64,000 bases of DNA. Source: Promethearchaeota archaeon (GTDB lineage: Archaea; Asgardarchaeota; Lokiarchaeia; Sigyniarchaeales; SOKP01). The notes beneath the pieces are model-generated. The model saw only the letters and a program-made list of their open reading frames with translations, was not told where the DNA came from and ran no database searches. Where the stretch lies: the NCBI GenBank assembly GCA_016839585.1, contig JAEOTZ010000050.1:32001-96000 (forward strand), written 5' to 3'. The first letter of the stretch is position 1. Each line of letters starts with the position of its first letter. Made by a program: the position numbers and the translations under genes. This document shows positions 29,354 through 40,923 of this stretch, piece after piece.

Positions 29354-30496
29354 TTAATTTCGCAATTTAGGAGGAGGGACGTAGACTTTACGCATTCCTT
29401 CCAATAAAGATATGGCATTTTCAGGGCAGAAGTGAGCACAAACTCCACATCCTATACACCATTCTGCATTTCTCTCAGCTTTGTTATCATCATTTAATTC
29501 GATTGCATTAACAGGACATTTATTTATACAAATGCTACATCCAGTGCATAATTTTTCATCTATATATGATAAATAATTAGTCGAATTTATCATAGAGATG
29601 GCTCCTTTTCTCCACATCTCAAAAGTTGCACAACAACATTCACAACAATTACATATACTTGTTTCATCCCTTTCAATGTCTTCATGAGGATGAAAAGCTT
29701 TATGAACTAAACCAGCTTTTTCAGACTCTTTTATAATTTTTAGTGCTTCATCTTTAGATATCATTCTAGCAAATCCATGGTCACTTGTATAGCGCGCAGA
29801 TTTGCCAAAAGTAAAACAATTTTCTCTTATATTTGTTGTTTTACAAGGATTTCCTAATATATCTTTGTGATGCCGACAAAAACAATGACCCACTGCAATA
29901 TCTTCAAATTTATTTATAAGTTCTTCAACTTTTTGTGTAGGTAATACTTTTTCTTCTGGTATACTTATCTCTTTATTAATTAAAATCTTAAGTTCTTCAC
30001 CTGTTGTTGTTTTATCTAATATAGGTACAGTTCTATCAATTGGAGGGAAATTTTGATATATTGGAACTATATTATCATAATTTTTTTGAACAAAATTCCT
30101 TAACTCATCGAATAATTTAGCAAATAGCATAGCTAATTTTTCATTTTCTTCAGAAATTTCGAGTTTTTTCATAAAAGTATATTCAAATACTCCAACCATA
30201 AATAACGGCATTAATCTATATACCATTACTTCTTTTGAACTGGGTTGATTGAATATAAACCCTTTTTTAGTTAATTTTTTCACATGCATTTCTATCTCGT
30301 TTTCTGACATTTTACTACTTAATTTTAATTGCTCCATAGTTTGAGAAGACTTTTTTCTAAATGCCATTACAAAAGGTAAATGTTCTTCATCAATTAATAG
30401 CTTCAATAATTCAATCATAGTATCATTTATGGGAAATGGAATCAAACCAGCTTTAACAATGGTTCGTGCAGCTTTTCTATATTTTTCATCAGACAT
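29354..30496 (-). CDS. 4Fe-4S dicluster-binding protein with N-terminal winged helix
   Basis: CFCR...C...C; ICNCCECCC; two CxxCxxCxxxCP ferredoxin motifs. Confidence 0.88.
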   Translation of the reverse strand: MSDEKYRKAARTIVKAGLIPFPINDTMIELLKLLIDEEHLPFVMAFRKKSSQTMEQLKLSSKMSENEIEMHVKKLTKKGFIFNQPSSKEVMVYRLMPLFMVGVFEYTFMKKLEISEENEKLAMLFAKLFDELRNFVQKNYDNIVPIYQNFPPIDRTVPILDKTTTGEELKILINKEISIPEEKVLPTQKVEELINKFEDIAVGHCFCRHHKDILGNPCKTTNIRENCFTFGKSARYTSDHGFARMISKDEALKIIKESEKAGLVHKAFHPHEDIERDETSICNCCECCCATFEMWRKGAISMINSTNYLSYIDEKLCTGCSICINKCPVNAIELNDDNKAERNAEWCIGCGVCAHFCPENAISLLEGMRKVYVPPPKLRN

Positions 30497-30732
30497 TTTT
30501 ATCCCCTAAAAATAATTAATCAATATTATATTAATTGAAAAATAGAGTGAATTATGATCTTAATAGTCTTTCGATTAAGTTTTCGGATTTTTTCACCAAT
30601 TAATAATTACTTATAAAAATTGATAATAATCATTGGTTAATAATTAAAATTAAAATTATTTGGTAATCTAAATAAATCAAACTGATAAATAAATTAATGT
30701 ATAATTAGATTTCTTAAATGTGTTGAATATTT

Positions 30733-32052
30733 ATGGTTAATTGCTTAATTATTGGCCATGGTGCTAGAGAGCATGTAATTGGGGAATCTTTAGTACGTGG
30801 AGGTGCGACTTTATATTCTTTTATGAGTTTTAAAAATGCAGGTTTAGAAGATTTAAGTAAAGATATAAAAATTCATTCTGAAACAGATTTCAAAGAAATT
30901 GTTGAGTTCTGCAAAAATAAAAACATTGATTTTGTTGTTATAGGACCAGAAGCTCCTTTATGTGTTGGGATTGTCGATGCTATAGAAAAGAACAATATTC
31001 CATGTGTTGGTCCACGAATTGAAGCTGCGCAATTAGAAGGATCAAAAGTATTTACACGATTTTTACTTGAAAAATATAAAATTCCCTCTAATGTAAAAAG
31101 TAAGATGTTTGACTCGTTGAATGGTATAGAAAATTACGTTAAAGATATAGGAGAAGAACATATTGTTATAAAACCAGAAGGTTTAACTGGGGGAAAAGGA
31201 GTAAAGGTTTACGGAGATCACCTCTTTTCGAAAAAAGAAATTTTGGAGTATTGTCAAGAATTAATAAATAAGAGAAGTAGATTTCTTATAGAAGAGAAAT
31301 GCGATGGAGAAGAGTTTACATTACAAACTTTTGTAGATGGTAAAAATGTAGTAGGTTCACCTTTAGTTCAAGACCATAAGAGGGCATATAATGGTGATAA
31401 GGGCCCAAATACAGGAGGTATGGGCTCATATAGTATGGAAGATCATCTATTGCCATTTATTACTCAAGAAGATGTTAAAATGGCATTAGATGATATGAAA
31501 AAAACCGTAGCAGCTGTGAAAGCTGAAACAGGTGTGGAATATAAAGGATTTCTCTATGGACAATTTATGAAAACAGCAAAGGGGCTGAAAATGATTGAAT
31601 ATAATGCAAGATGGGGAGACCCTGAGGCAATGAATGTCCTACCGTTGCTTGAAGCTAATTTTGTGGATATATGTTGGAAGATTATTGATGGAAATTTATC
31701 AGGAAATATTCGTTATGAAAAAAATGCAACTGTGTGTAAATATCTAGCACCTGAAGGATATCCAGTATCTCCAAAAAAAGATCAAATTGTAAAAATTAAC
31801 AAGGAAAAACTAAATGATGTTGGCGCGAAATATTATTATGCTTCTGTATATCGGGAAGGAAATTATATTTATACGACGACATCAAGAGCAATGGGAGTCC
31901 TAGGGATTGCTAACACACTTGAAGAAGCAGAAAAAATTGCCGAACGCGGTGTTAGTTGTATTGAAGGCAAACTATTTCATAGAAAAGACGTGGGAACATT
32001 AGACTTGCTCCAGAAAAGAATTGATCATATGAATTCACTCTTGAATAAATAA
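30733..32052 (+). CDS. purD: Phosphoribosylamine-glycine ligase
   Basis: GHGAREH, GPEAPL, LEGSK, GLTGGKGV, QDHKRAY, GPNTGGMGS and GDPEA motifs. Confidence 0.97.
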   Translation: MVNCLIIGHGAREHVIGESLVRGGATLYSFMSFKNAGLEDLSKDIKIHSETDFKEIVEFCKNKNIDFVVIGPEAPLCVGIVDAIEKNNIPCVGPRIEAAQLEGSKVFTRFLLEKYKIPSNVKSKMFDSLNGIENYVKDIGEEHIVIKPEGLTGGKGVKVYGDHLFSKKEILEYCQELINKRSRFLIEEKCDGEEFTLQTFVDGKNVVGSPLVQDHKRAYNGDKGPNTGGMGSYSMEDHLLPFITQEDVKMALDDMKKTVAAVKAETGVEYKGFLYGQFMKTAKGLKMIEYNARWGDPEAMNVLPLLEANFVDICWKIIDGNLSGNIRYEKNATVCKYLAPEGYPVSPKKDQIVKINKEKLNDVGAKYYYASVYREGNYIYTTTSRAMGVLGIANTLEEAEKIAERGVSCIEGKLFHRKDVGTLDLLQKRIDHMNSLLNK

Positions 32053-32124
32053 ACCAATAAGAAAATTTTAATATTTTATAATCAACATATTATAATAATA
32101 TCCAAGCTTATTTTAACTTGAAAT

Positions 32125-32610
32125 ATGTCTACTTATTCTAAAAATGCTAATTTCAATGAACTAATTAGTGTATTATTTAATAGTGATGACTGGCAAAAAA
32201 GAGCCGAAGCTGCCAGAAAGTTAGGGCTTTTAAAAGATCCTCGCGCATCAAATTTACTGTGGAGGGCTATTAAATCAGAAAAAGAATATATTGTAGTTAA
32301 TAGGATAATCGAAGCAATGGGGAGAATAGGAGATGCAAAAGTTACTTTAAGTATAATTAATATTTTAAGAGAAGAATTAAAAAGACAAGAAATAGATAAA
32401 TTTAGGATTATTTGTATCTTAGAAAGTCTAACAAGGCTTAAAGATAAAAGGGCTTTACCTTATATTGGATCATTTCTAAATTCTCTAGATGTAGAATTAA
32501 GGGAGCTTGCTGAGGGTAGTTTTGATGCAATAGAACCCAATTGGCGGGAAATAATTAAGAAAGCAAAGAGGGAGAAATCTATTGAGGAAATATTTAAAGT
32601 AAAACTTTGA
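32125..32610 (+). CDS. HEAT (PBS-lyase-like) repeat protein
   Basis: RAEAARKLGLLKDPRA, IIEAMGRIGD and LTRLKDKRALP repeats. Confidence 0.8.
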   Translation: MSTYSKNANFNELISVLFNSDDWQKRAEAARKLGLLKDPRASNLLWRAIKSEKEYIVVNRIIEAMGRIGDAKVTLSIINILREELKRQEIDKFRIICILESLTRLKDKRALPYIGSFLNSLDVELRELAEGSFDAIEPNWREIIKKAKREKSIEEIFKVKL

Positions 32611-32741
32611 TCATGAAGATTTGTTTCGCTATTAATAGACTTTACTCAGTATTTATAACAAGCTCGCAATAAGAGATTTTTTAAGAAATTTAAATTCTTT
32701 TTATTTAAAGCAAAGTAAATGATATTAGAAAACGATAAAAA

Positions 32742-33845
32742 ATGTATAATGTTTGCTGCTGGGATTTGGAGGGACCAATTAGTGTTTTGGATTTTGCTTT
32801 AGAAATGGGGCCGTTATTAAGTAAAAAAAAAGATCTAAATCTTCATAAATATGATATGGGAGAATTCTTCTTCATGATTTCTACTTATGATGATTATATA
32901 ATAGATGTCCCAGGAGTTAAGAAAAAGTTAAAAATACCTGAGTATCAACCAGGCGATACTTTACGTTTAATGGCACCCATCTACGTTGCTTGTTTTTCTG
33001 AAAAAGATTTAATTAATTTAGCAAAACAGAATCTTGGATTGTTACCTGGATGTCAAGAATTAATGCAAATTCTTCAAAAAAAATGGGAGATATTTGTTAT
33101 TTCTACAAGCTATGCTCAATTTGCACATAATATTTCATCAGCATTAAAAATACCGAGAGATCATGTCTATTGTACTGAACTAAACATCCATGACTTAAAG
33201 GAAGGGTTATCAAACATAAATCATGAACTAGATGTTTTAGTAAGAGAAATTTTTCAAAATTATATAGATAATAATAAGGATCTTAATAGTGTCATAGAAG
33301 ATTTAAATGATTTCTTTTGGAAAAATAACAATTCTGATTATATTAAGGTCATGAATCAAGTAAAAGTTAGAGGGGGAAAACGGAAGGAATTAGCTGTGGA
33401 AGAAATTTCTAAAAGAACTGGTATACCTATATATGAAATGATTGCATTAGGGGACTCGATAACAGATATTAATATGCTCCAGAGAGTAAATGATGAAGGT
33501 GGTGTAGCAATTTCATTTAATGGAAATAGATTTTCTGTCAAATATGCAAACATAGCAATTAATACTCCAAATAGTATGGGTGTTTTACCTATTTTTCAAT
33601 TAAGGAAAAATCTGCATATGTTTTTAGATGAATGGGAGTCTAATTTTAATTATTTTAAAAAGGATCCTAAAAATATCTCTAATGGATTAATCTCAGAAGA
33701 ATGTAAAAAATATTTTATTAAAAACAATTTTGTACCTGAAATTGTTAATTTAACTAATAAATCAAAAGATCAATTTAGTGAAATAATTTCAAGGCAAGAG
33801 CAAATGCGAAAAAATGTGAGAGGGAGGGCAGGGTCTTTAGGATAA
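32742..33845 (+). CDS. HAD-superfamily hydrolase (EhaR/AF0444-like)
   Basis: WDLEGPIS.LD, YQPGDTL, ISTSY, GDSITD and SFNGN motifs. Confidence 0.8.
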   Translation: MYNVCCWDLEGPISVLDFALEMGPLLSKKKDLNLHKYDMGEFFFMISTYDDYIIDVPGVKKKLKIPEYQPGDTLRLMAPIYVACFSEKDLINLAKQNLGLLPGCQELMQILQKKWEIFVISTSYAQFAHNISSALKIPRDHVYCTELNIHDLKEGLSNINHELDVLVREIFQNYIDNNKDLNSVIEDLNDFFWKNNNSDYIKVMNQVKVRGGKRKELAVEEISKRTGIPIYEMIALGDSITDINMLQRVNDEGGVAISFNGNRFSVKYANIAINTPNSMGVLPIFQLRKNLHMFLDEWESNFNYFKKDPKNISNGLISEECKKYFIKNNFVPEIVNLTNKSKDQFSEIISRQEQMRKNVRGRAGSLG

Positions 33846-33848
33846 TTT

Positions 33849-34475
33849 TTATCTTTTGCCCCCATTATTAGATTTTTTATTTATAAAATATTTTTTATAA
33901 AATTTTCTTCCTGAGATTATCTGTTTCAATTTCCTTAGATCTCTAAATACAATAATTGCCCATAATATAATCCCTATTAGCAAAAAAGTAAAAGACGAGC
34001 TTAGAGGCGAGCCAAAAATTAACCCAAATGTTAAAAAATAAATAAGGAAAAAGACTGTAGAAAATAGACTAATTAAAATAAGATAAATTTTCCATTTAGA
34101 TCTTGAAACGAACTCATTTCTTTTTAAACTTTCATAGCAATTACAACAGATTAATGGGATATCAATATTATAACTTTCCTTAAAATATATTTTATGAATA
34201 ATAGTAAACATTCTATCAATGCGATTTCCACACAATTTGCATACATAATCTGATTTTTTTAATCTCTTCTGCTCAATATTATTAATTCTAGATTTTGAAA
34301 AATAGCAATCATTATTTTGATAATGAGAACAGGTTTTACATGTTAATAAAAGTTCTAATTTTCTCTCTTCAAAATGAGTTTTATTTGGCATTATGAAAAA
34401 TGGATAATTTGGGTGTTGTTGGCAAATAACCCTTCCTTTATCATCTATTTCAAAATTAGGTTCAATAAAAGGCAT
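33849..34475 (-). CDS. Cys-rich zinc-binding membrane protein
   Basis: CQQH, CKTC...C, CKLC...CCNC, then two TM helices. Confidence 0.7.
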   Translation of the reverse strand: MPFIEPNFEIDDKGRVICQQHPNYPFFIMPNKTHFEERKLELLLTCKTCSHYQNNDCYFSKSRINNIEQKRLKKSDYVCKLCGNRIDRMFTIIHKIYFKESYNIDIPLICCNCYESLKRNEFVSRSKWKIYLILISLFSTVFFLIYFLTFGLIFGSPLSSSFTFLLIGIILWAIIVFRDLRKLKQIISGRKFYKKYFINKKSNNGGKR

Positions 34476-34593
34476 TTATATTTAACATGAAGATAAGTTA
34501 TTTTATTTAATTTTATTTAAGAAATAAATTCTTGTTTGCTTTAATTATTATTATAGTATAATGCTATAAAATTATCTTTAATTATACTAAATT

Positions 34594-37500
34594 TTGAAAT
34601 TAAATGATAAGGAGTTATCAAAAATGTCAAGTTCATCCAAAACCACTTATAATATTAGTAAAATAATATCCGATAATATAGAGGATTTAATTTTTATATA
34701 CAATATAAACTTCAAATGTGAGTATACGAATATAAATATCGAATTAGAAGTATTACATGTTTCAAATGAGAATAAAAAATTGGAACAGATTATCCATCCA
34801 AATGACCTCATTCCTATGATTGAGTTATTGGAACGAACATTTAAACTTGGACATGCAATTGCCGAAATTAGAATTAAATATAAAGATAAAATTTTCAAAT
34901 GGTATGAGATAAAAACTAAACGATTTATTGATACATCTCGAGAAAATAAAGTTATCTTGTTTTCTAGAGAAATCACAAAGTTTAAAAAAATGGAACAAGA
35001 AATAACAGCTCGTCAAGAAAATTTCAATGAATTGACAGCAACTTTACCTGAAATAAGGTATTGGAAATTTCTTCAATCCAAGAAGGGTATCGCCGCTTAT
35101 CAAAAAACAAGAGAAATGTTAGAGTTAGTGATTGACAATATCCCACAATTAATCTATTGGAAGGATACAAATTTGAATTATTTAGGATGTAATCAAAATT
35201 TTGCTGCTTTAACAGGACTCAAAGACCCTATAAGTATAATTGGCAAAAATCATGATGATCTGCTGTGGATTAAGGAAGATCTAACAAAGATTCAAGAGAT
35301 TGAAAAAAGAGTAATGGCAAATAATCAAGCTAAATATCATACTATAGAATTTTTAGTTTTACAAAATGGTAACCAAATTTGGTATGAGGTGAATAGAATT
35401 CCACTCCATAATTTAGATGGAAAGGTTGTAGGAATTCTTTCCACTTATAGAGATATCACAATTCGAAGAGTAGCAGAACAAAAATTAAGAGAGTCTGAAG
35501 AAAAATACCGAAGTATTCTCGAAAATATAGAAGAAAGTTACTTTGAAGTTGATTTAAAAGGAAATTTTACTTTTTTTAATGATGCTTTATGTGATCTTCA
35601 AGGAATCCCAAGGAATGAATTATTAGGCTTAAATTTTAAGAATTTAGTAGATGAAGAAAATAGGAATAAAATTTTCCAAGTATATAAAAATGTTTATGAA
35701 ACTGAAATCCCTAAAAGTAATTTTCAATTTCAATTTTTGAAAAAAAATGGAGAACGAGTGATATGTGAATCTTCAATCTATTTAAGATATGATTCAAATC
35801 GAAATAAAATAGGATTTAGCGGCTTAGCACGAGATATTACAGATAAATTTCGCTTAGAGCAAAAAATAAAAGAATCTGAAAAGAAGTATAGAAACATCAT
35901 TGAAAATACTAAAGATGTGATTGTCATTACTGGACTTGATGGAAAATTTCGTTTTGTTTCTCCTCAATTTTCTGAGCTACTAGGTAAAGAAGTTAATCTA
36001 GAAACCAAATTATTTCAAGGTATTCACCCCGATGATATTCAACGTTTAAAAAAATCATTCTCAAAGGCTGTTAATGAAAAAAGTGTATTAATGACCAAAG
36101 AAGTTGAATATCGTACAATTCATCAAGATGGGCATTATATTTGGTTGTCAAGTTCTTCAAAAAATTACTATGATGATGATGGGAATTTAATTGGTTTTAT
36201 TACTCTATTAAGGGATGTTACTGACAAAAAAATAGCAGAAAAAAAGTTAAAAGAATCAGAAGAGAAATACAGACATTTATTTGAGAGCTCTCCATATGCT
36301 ATTTGGTTACTGGAATTAGATGGAACAATTCTAGATTGTAATTCTACAATGAATAATTTACTTTCTGCTTATGAAAGAAAAGATCTAATAGGAAAAAAGT
36401 TTTCTGAAGTATTATCGATAATTAAAAGACCTGAATTTCTTATAGACATATTAAAGGAGCGATGGGCAAAATTTGTCAAAGGAGATAAATTAGAGCCCTT
36501 AGAATTTCAGATTACTAGAGTCGATGGGAAGAAGTTATGGTTAGACATCCAGAGCTATCTAGTAAATGTTGGTGATAAGACTCTAATTCAGGCAATTATT
36601 CAAGATACAACTGAAAAAAAAAAGGCTGAACAAAACCTAAAAAAATCTCAAGAAGAATTAAGAATATTGAATAGATTATTAGAGCAAAAAGTATTAGAAA
36701 GGACTCTTGAATTGAGAAAGTCGGAGCAACAGTACCATACTACAGTTGATTCATTAGGTGATTCGCTGCATGTTGTTGATAGAGATTTGAGAATTATTTT
36801 AATAAATCAAGCACTTAAGAAATGGCTTGAAGAATTCAATATTGATACAAGTATAGTTGGTAGCAAGATTTCTGAAGCTTTCCCATTTTTGGCAAGCATT
36901 ATTTATGAAGAATACCAACAAGTATTTGACACTGGCATACCTCTTATCACCACAGAAACTACTATATTGCCAGAGATTGATGTAATTACTGAAACTCGAA
37001 AGTTCCCAACTTTTGCAAAAGGTAAAGTCGCTCAAGTAATCACTATTATACGTGATATAACAGAAAGAAAGAAAATAGAACAAAAATTAATTGAATCTGA
37101 AAGAAAATTAAGAGACCAAAACATTGAGTTAAAAAAATTAGACCAGATTAAAAATGATTTTATTACTATGGCAGCTCATGAGCTAAAAACACCTTTAATT
37201 TCTATTTCTGGTTATACAGATTATATTCTTCTCAAGCATAAAAACGCCTTAATTCCGGAAATATTTGAAGATTTGAAAACAGTTCAGAGAAATGTCAAAC
37301 GCCTAGAAATTTTAATGGATCAACTATTAGAAGTTATGAAAATTGATGAAGGTAGATTACAATTACAAATTGAAAAAACAAATGTAAGTAAAATAATTAA
37401 CAATTGCTTGGACGAATTAAGCTATCTAATTAATGAAAAAAATCTTGAGATAATCCTTAATATTGATTATGAGATAATATTAAATGTAGATCCCACACGA

Positions 37501-37824
37501 ATCTTTCTTGTTTTCACTAATTTAATTTCAAATGCTATTAAATTTACACCTGACTATGGTTGGATTGAAATTTCGGCTAAAAAAGAAAATGAGAAGTATT
37601 TTTTTGTAATTAAAGACAACGGAATTGGTTTAACTAAAGATGAAATAGGTAGATTATTCATAAAGTTTGAAAGGATAAACCATCCAATTGGGAGCAAAGA
37701 TACAGGAACGGGACTTGGTCTATATATTTCAAAGGGAATAGTTGAAGCCCATGGGGGGGAAATCTGGACTAAATCCGAGGGATTAAATGAAGGTACAACA
37801 TTTTCATTTTCTCTTCCTTTGTAA
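34594..37824 (+). CDS. Cytoplasmic multi-PAS sensor histidine kinase
   Basis: About 6 PAS/PAC repeats; AAHELKTPL, NLISNAIKF, DNGIG and GTGLGL boxes. Confidence 0.95.
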   Translation: MKLNDKELSKMSSSSKTTYNISKIISDNIEDLIFIYNINFKCEYTNINIELEVLHVSNENKKLEQIIHPNDLIPMIELLERTFKLGHAIAEIRIKYKDKIFKWYEIKTKRFIDTSRENKVILFSREITKFKKMEQEITARQENFNELTATLPEIRYWKFLQSKKGIAAYQKTREMLELVIDNIPQLIYWKDTNLNYLGCNQNFAALTGLKDPISIIGKNHDDLLWIKEDLTKIQEIEKRVMANNQAKYHTIEFLVLQNGNQIWYEVNRIPLHNLDGKVVGILSTYRDITIRRVAEQKLRESEEKYRSILENIEESYFEVDLKGNFTFFNDALCDLQGIPRNELLGLNFKNLVDEENRNKIFQVYKNVYETEIPKSNFQFQFLKKNGERVICESSIYLRYDSNRNKIGFSGLARDITDKFRLEQKIKESEKKYRNIIENTKDVIVITGLDGKFRFVSPQFSELLGKEVNLETKLFQGIHPDDIQRLKKSFSKAVNEKSVLMTKEVEYRTIHQDGHYIWLSSSSKNYYDDDGNLIGFITLLRDVTDKKIAEKKLKESEEKYRHLFESSPYAIWLLELDGTILDCNSTMNNLLSAYERKDLIGKKFSEVLSIIKRPEFLIDILKERWAKFVKGDKLEPLEFQITRVDGKKLWLDIQSYLVNVGDKTLIQAIIQDTTEKKKAEQNLKKSQEELRILNRLLEQKVLERTLELRKSEQQYHTTVDSLGDSLHVVDRDLRIILINQALKKWLEEFNIDTSIVGSKISEAFPFLASIIYEEYQQVFDTGIPLITTETTILPEIDVITETRKFPTFAKGKVAQVITIIRDITERKKIEQKLIESERKLRDQNIELKKLDQIKNDFITMAAHELKTPLISISGYTDYILLKHKNALIPEIFEDLKTVQRNVKRLEILMDQLLEVMKIDEGRLQLQIEKTNVSKIINNCLDELSYLINEKNLEIILNIDYEIILNVDPTRIFLVFTNLISNAIKFTPDYGWIEISAKKENEKYFFVIKDNGIGLTKDEIGRLFIKFERINHPIGSKDTGTGLGLYISKGIVEAHGGEIWTKSEGLNEGTTFSFSLPL

Positions 37825-37951
37825 TTTGGTATTCAAAGATAATTTTTCTTTTTAAATAGTTATTAGTAATCCATTATTCAGTTATCTTTTTTTTATTGAA
37901 TATTTGATAAATAAATTAGAAAGGAATATTTTTTTAAATAACGTAACTGAG

Positions 37952-40123
37952 ATGGCAATTCTAATAATAGCTGAGAAAAAAAAAGCCGCAGAAGCTATAG
38001 CAGAAGCTCTTGGACCAGTTAAATTTATAAAAAAAACAAAAAGTTTAAACATTTATTATATACCATCAAGAAATATTTATGTTTTACCACTAAGAGGGCA
38101 TCTCCTTGAATATAGAAACACAGATGCGTTCAAAGGTTGGACTAATATTAATCCTCGCGATATTATCACTAATCCAAAATCAATCAAGAAGGTACCAATC
38201 AAATATACAGGGGCTTATATTAAAGCATTAAAAGAATATGCAAAAATTTGTAATTATTGTATAATTGGAACAGATGCAGATATTGAAGGATGCAATATTG
38301 GGCTTATAGATGCATTACCTTTTGTTGTTCAAGAAAATCCAAACATCAGATTGTCACAAATGTGGCTTAGTTCACTACAAAAGCATGAAATAATAAAGAA
38401 ATTTAATCAAACAATTCAACCAAAGTATAATTGGGCAAAAACAGGTGAGGCAAGGGCAATTATCGATGCTGTAATAGGTTTCTCTGCAACAAAAGAAGCC
38501 ACTAATACTTTTAGACTACTTTTGAATAAACTTAATGCCAGATTTATATCAATTGGTAGAGTTCAGACCTCATTATTATACTTAATCTATTTATTAGAAG
38601 AACGAATTAAAAATTTTGTACCAGAACCTTATCTCACGATTGAAGCTAATTTAAATCATAAAGATGGAAAATTTAAAGCATACCATCAAAAAAATCCATT
38701 TCAAAAAGCAGATAAAGCTTTAGCGAAGATTATATTCAATAAAATTAAGGACGAAAAATTTGCTAACGTAATAAACAATACAACAAATTTAGTTAAAAAT
38801 CCTCCACCCACACCCCTTAACACTTCAAAAGCTCTTATTTTGCTTACAAGAGTTTTGAAGATTAATGCAAATCTTGCTTTAAAGACAATGAATTCTTTAT
38901 ATCTTAATAAAATAATATCATATCCAAGAACTGACAGTGATATATACAAACCAAATTTTGATCACATTCAGTATCTAAAGAAATTCATCACTCATTCTCA
39001 ATATTGGAATTACACCCAAAGTCTGCTGAAAAATAATAGAGTCAAACCAACAAAAGGAAAAAAAGACGCTGGAGATCATCCTCCAATAACACCTTTAGAA
39101 AGCTTGGAATCAAATGATTCTCGGTTTAAAACCAATATTCATAAAAGAGTTTATGATGTATTAGCCAGACATTATTTAGCACTTTTTGGACCTGATGCTA
39201 TTGAATCAAAAACTGTTTTAAAACTATCTATAAAAGATGAACCATTTATATCAAGGATTCTTGCTCTAATATCTGAGGGATATTTAGCAATAGCTCCCTT
39301 CCTTAAAAAAAATTATGATATACTTATAAAAATCGTCGAAAATAAAATTCCAGTGGATGAGATCTTTTTGAATGAAAAAGAAACTAAATCACCAGCAAGA
39401 TATACAGATACCTCGCTTTTAAAGTTAATGGAAAAGAATCATTTAGGAACAAAATCGACGCGCCCTACTATTATTCAATTATTACAAAAGCGTGATTTGA
39501 TTTATCGTAATAAAGGTAGATATATACTTACAGAACTAGGTAATTTTTTAATTGAATGCTTAAAAGAAATTTGGTTACCCTTTTTAGAACCGAATTTTAC
39601 TAAAGAGGTGGAAGTTCAACTAAATGAAATTAAAGAAAATAGAAAAAAAATGGAGGATGTAGTTAATATTGTCAAAAAGAAATTTTTAGAGTTATTTGAT
39701 CTATTTATTTCAAATAAAAATGAAATTATTAAACGTATCAATAGTTATAAAGTTAAGGATGTTACCTCTTTGCGTAAAAGTAAATCATTTCCACTTACAT
39801 CATCCATGTGTCCTTTTTGTAATGTGAATCCAATGAAATTAATAACTACGACTAAAAAAAAGAGATTCCTTGCTTGTTCTGATGATAATTGCAAAAGTTA
39901 TTTTTCTTTACCACAGAGGGGTAAGATAACCATTTTAAACTCAAAATGTCTCAAATGTGGATTTAATGTTTTTAGAGTTTATTATCGAAGAAATAATAAA
40001 GAATTGAGTTATTATTTTTGTCCTAATTGCTGGAATAAAAGCCTTAAAGAGGACTCAGGGAATATGTTCTGCTCCAAATGTGAGGAGTATAAGATTTTGA
40101 ATAATCAATGCGTTAAAAAATAG
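37952..40123 (+). CDS. topA: Type IA DNA topoisomerase with C-terminal zinc ribbons
   Basis: IIAEK, DADIEG, SIGRVQT, catalytic ISYPRTD, DHPPITP and GTKSTR motifs; C-terminal CxxC motifs. Confidence 0.95.
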   Translation: MAILIIAEKKKAAEAIAEALGPVKFIKKTKSLNIYYIPSRNIYVLPLRGHLLEYRNTDAFKGWTNINPRDIITNPKSIKKVPIKYTGAYIKALKEYAKICNYCIIGTDADIEGCNIGLIDALPFVVQENPNIRLSQMWLSSLQKHEIIKKFNQTIQPKYNWAKTGEARAIIDAVIGFSATKEATNTFRLLLNKLNARFISIGRVQTSLLYLIYLLEERIKNFVPEPYLTIEANLNHKDGKFKAYHQKNPFQKADKALAKIIFNKIKDEKFANVINNTTNLVKNPPPTPLNTSKALILLTRVLKINANLALKTMNSLYLNKIISYPRTDSDIYKPNFDHIQYLKKFITHSQYWNYTQSLLKNNRVKPTKGKKDAGDHPPITPLESLESNDSRFKTNIHKRVYDVLARHYLALFGPDAIESKTVLKLSIKDEPFISRILALISEGYLAIAPFLKKNYDILIKIVENKIPVDEIFLNEKETKSPARYTDTSLLKLMEKNHLGTKSTRPTIIQLLQKRDLIYRNKGRYILTELGNFLIECLKEIWLPFLEPNFTKEVEVQLNEIKENRKKMEDVVNIVKKKFLELFDLFISNKNEIIKRINSYKVKDVTSLRKSKSFPLTSSMCPFCNVNPMKLITTTKKKRFLACSDDNCKSYFSLPQRGKITILNSKCLKCGFNVFRVYYRRNNKELSYYFCPNCWNKSLKEDSGNMFCSKCEEYKILNNQCVKK

Positions 40124-40494
40124 AATATTTTAACCACCAATATTTTAACCACCAACAAGGTACCTCTATTAGGCTCCAATCCAGCAATCTTTTCATAATT
40201 CTCTAATGCACTGTCATGATCTTTTAACTCACTGAAAATATCAGCGATACTCTTCAAATATTCGGTGTTATCTGGTTCTAGCTCTAATGCTCTTTGATAA
40301 CCCTCTATTGCTTCTCTAGGTTTTAAAAGCATATTGTAGGCAAATCCTTTTTTCTCCCACTCGTAGCTATTTTGTGGTTGGAGTTTTATAACTTTTTGAA
40401 GAATAGTATTTGCCTTATTATATTCCTTATTATCAGCATATGCCTGAGCTTGTTTAAACAGGCTTGATATACTTTCCTTAGTTTCTTCTACCAT
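40105..40494 (-). pseudogene. TPR protein truncated at its 3' end
   Basis: Three TPR units end at EPN, followed by non-TPR text (LVVKILVVKIF) that runs into the topA end. Confidence 0.65.
40124..40155 (+). repeat. 15-bp tandem duplication (aatattttaaccacc x2) immediately after the topA stop
   Basis: Read directly from the sequence; coincides with the TPR truncation point. Confidence 0.8.
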
Positions 40495-40495
40495 T

Positions 40496-40648
40496 CTACC
40501 CTCTCCTTGATTTGTAGGTTTTAATCCTTGAATTCTGTAAATCGGTTCTTATTTTGTTGACTACTTTATTTTTTCTTATCTTCTCTTTTACCTGTTCTTC
40601 ATGCCATTTCCATGGAATTTCGTAGTCAAGACTCTTACTTTCAGTCAT
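40496..40648 (-). CDS. Possible 50-aa ORF or gene remnant (MTESKSLDYEIPWKWHEEQVKEK...)
   Basis: ATG 40648 to TAG 40496, ending 1 bp before the TPR start. Confidence 0.3.
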   Translation of the reverse strand: MTESKSLDYEIPWKWHEEQVKEKIRKNKVVNKIRTDLQNSRIKTYKSRRG

Positions 40649-40728
40649 AAAATATTAAAAATAAATCTGTAATTAGAATCAATAGTATATTCTGTTCAAT
40701 CTATTTAAAGAAAAAGAGAAAAAAAGGA

Positions 40729-40824
40729 GAGTACATTTTCTTTTTCTTTTTAAAGAACCATTAGTATTTATGTTTATGAAAATAATAAATTTGAGGTAAA
40801 GTTTATGGGAAAAGTTAGATATGT
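40729..40824 (+). repeat. Copy of the promoter/RBS and first 7 codons of the 42129 gene (pairs with 42061-42148)
   Basis: 42-bp exact match taataaatttgaggtaaagtttatgggaaaagttagatatgt (40783-40824 = 42107-42148) plus a similar upstream segment. Confidence 0.9.
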
Positions 40825-40923
40825 CGCAGATAATTAAAAAGAAGGGAAAAGAAATTGTGGTGTTCAATGTTGAAACGATGCTTGATCCTCAAGAACAATG
40901 CTAATTTCTTCAATCAATTATTA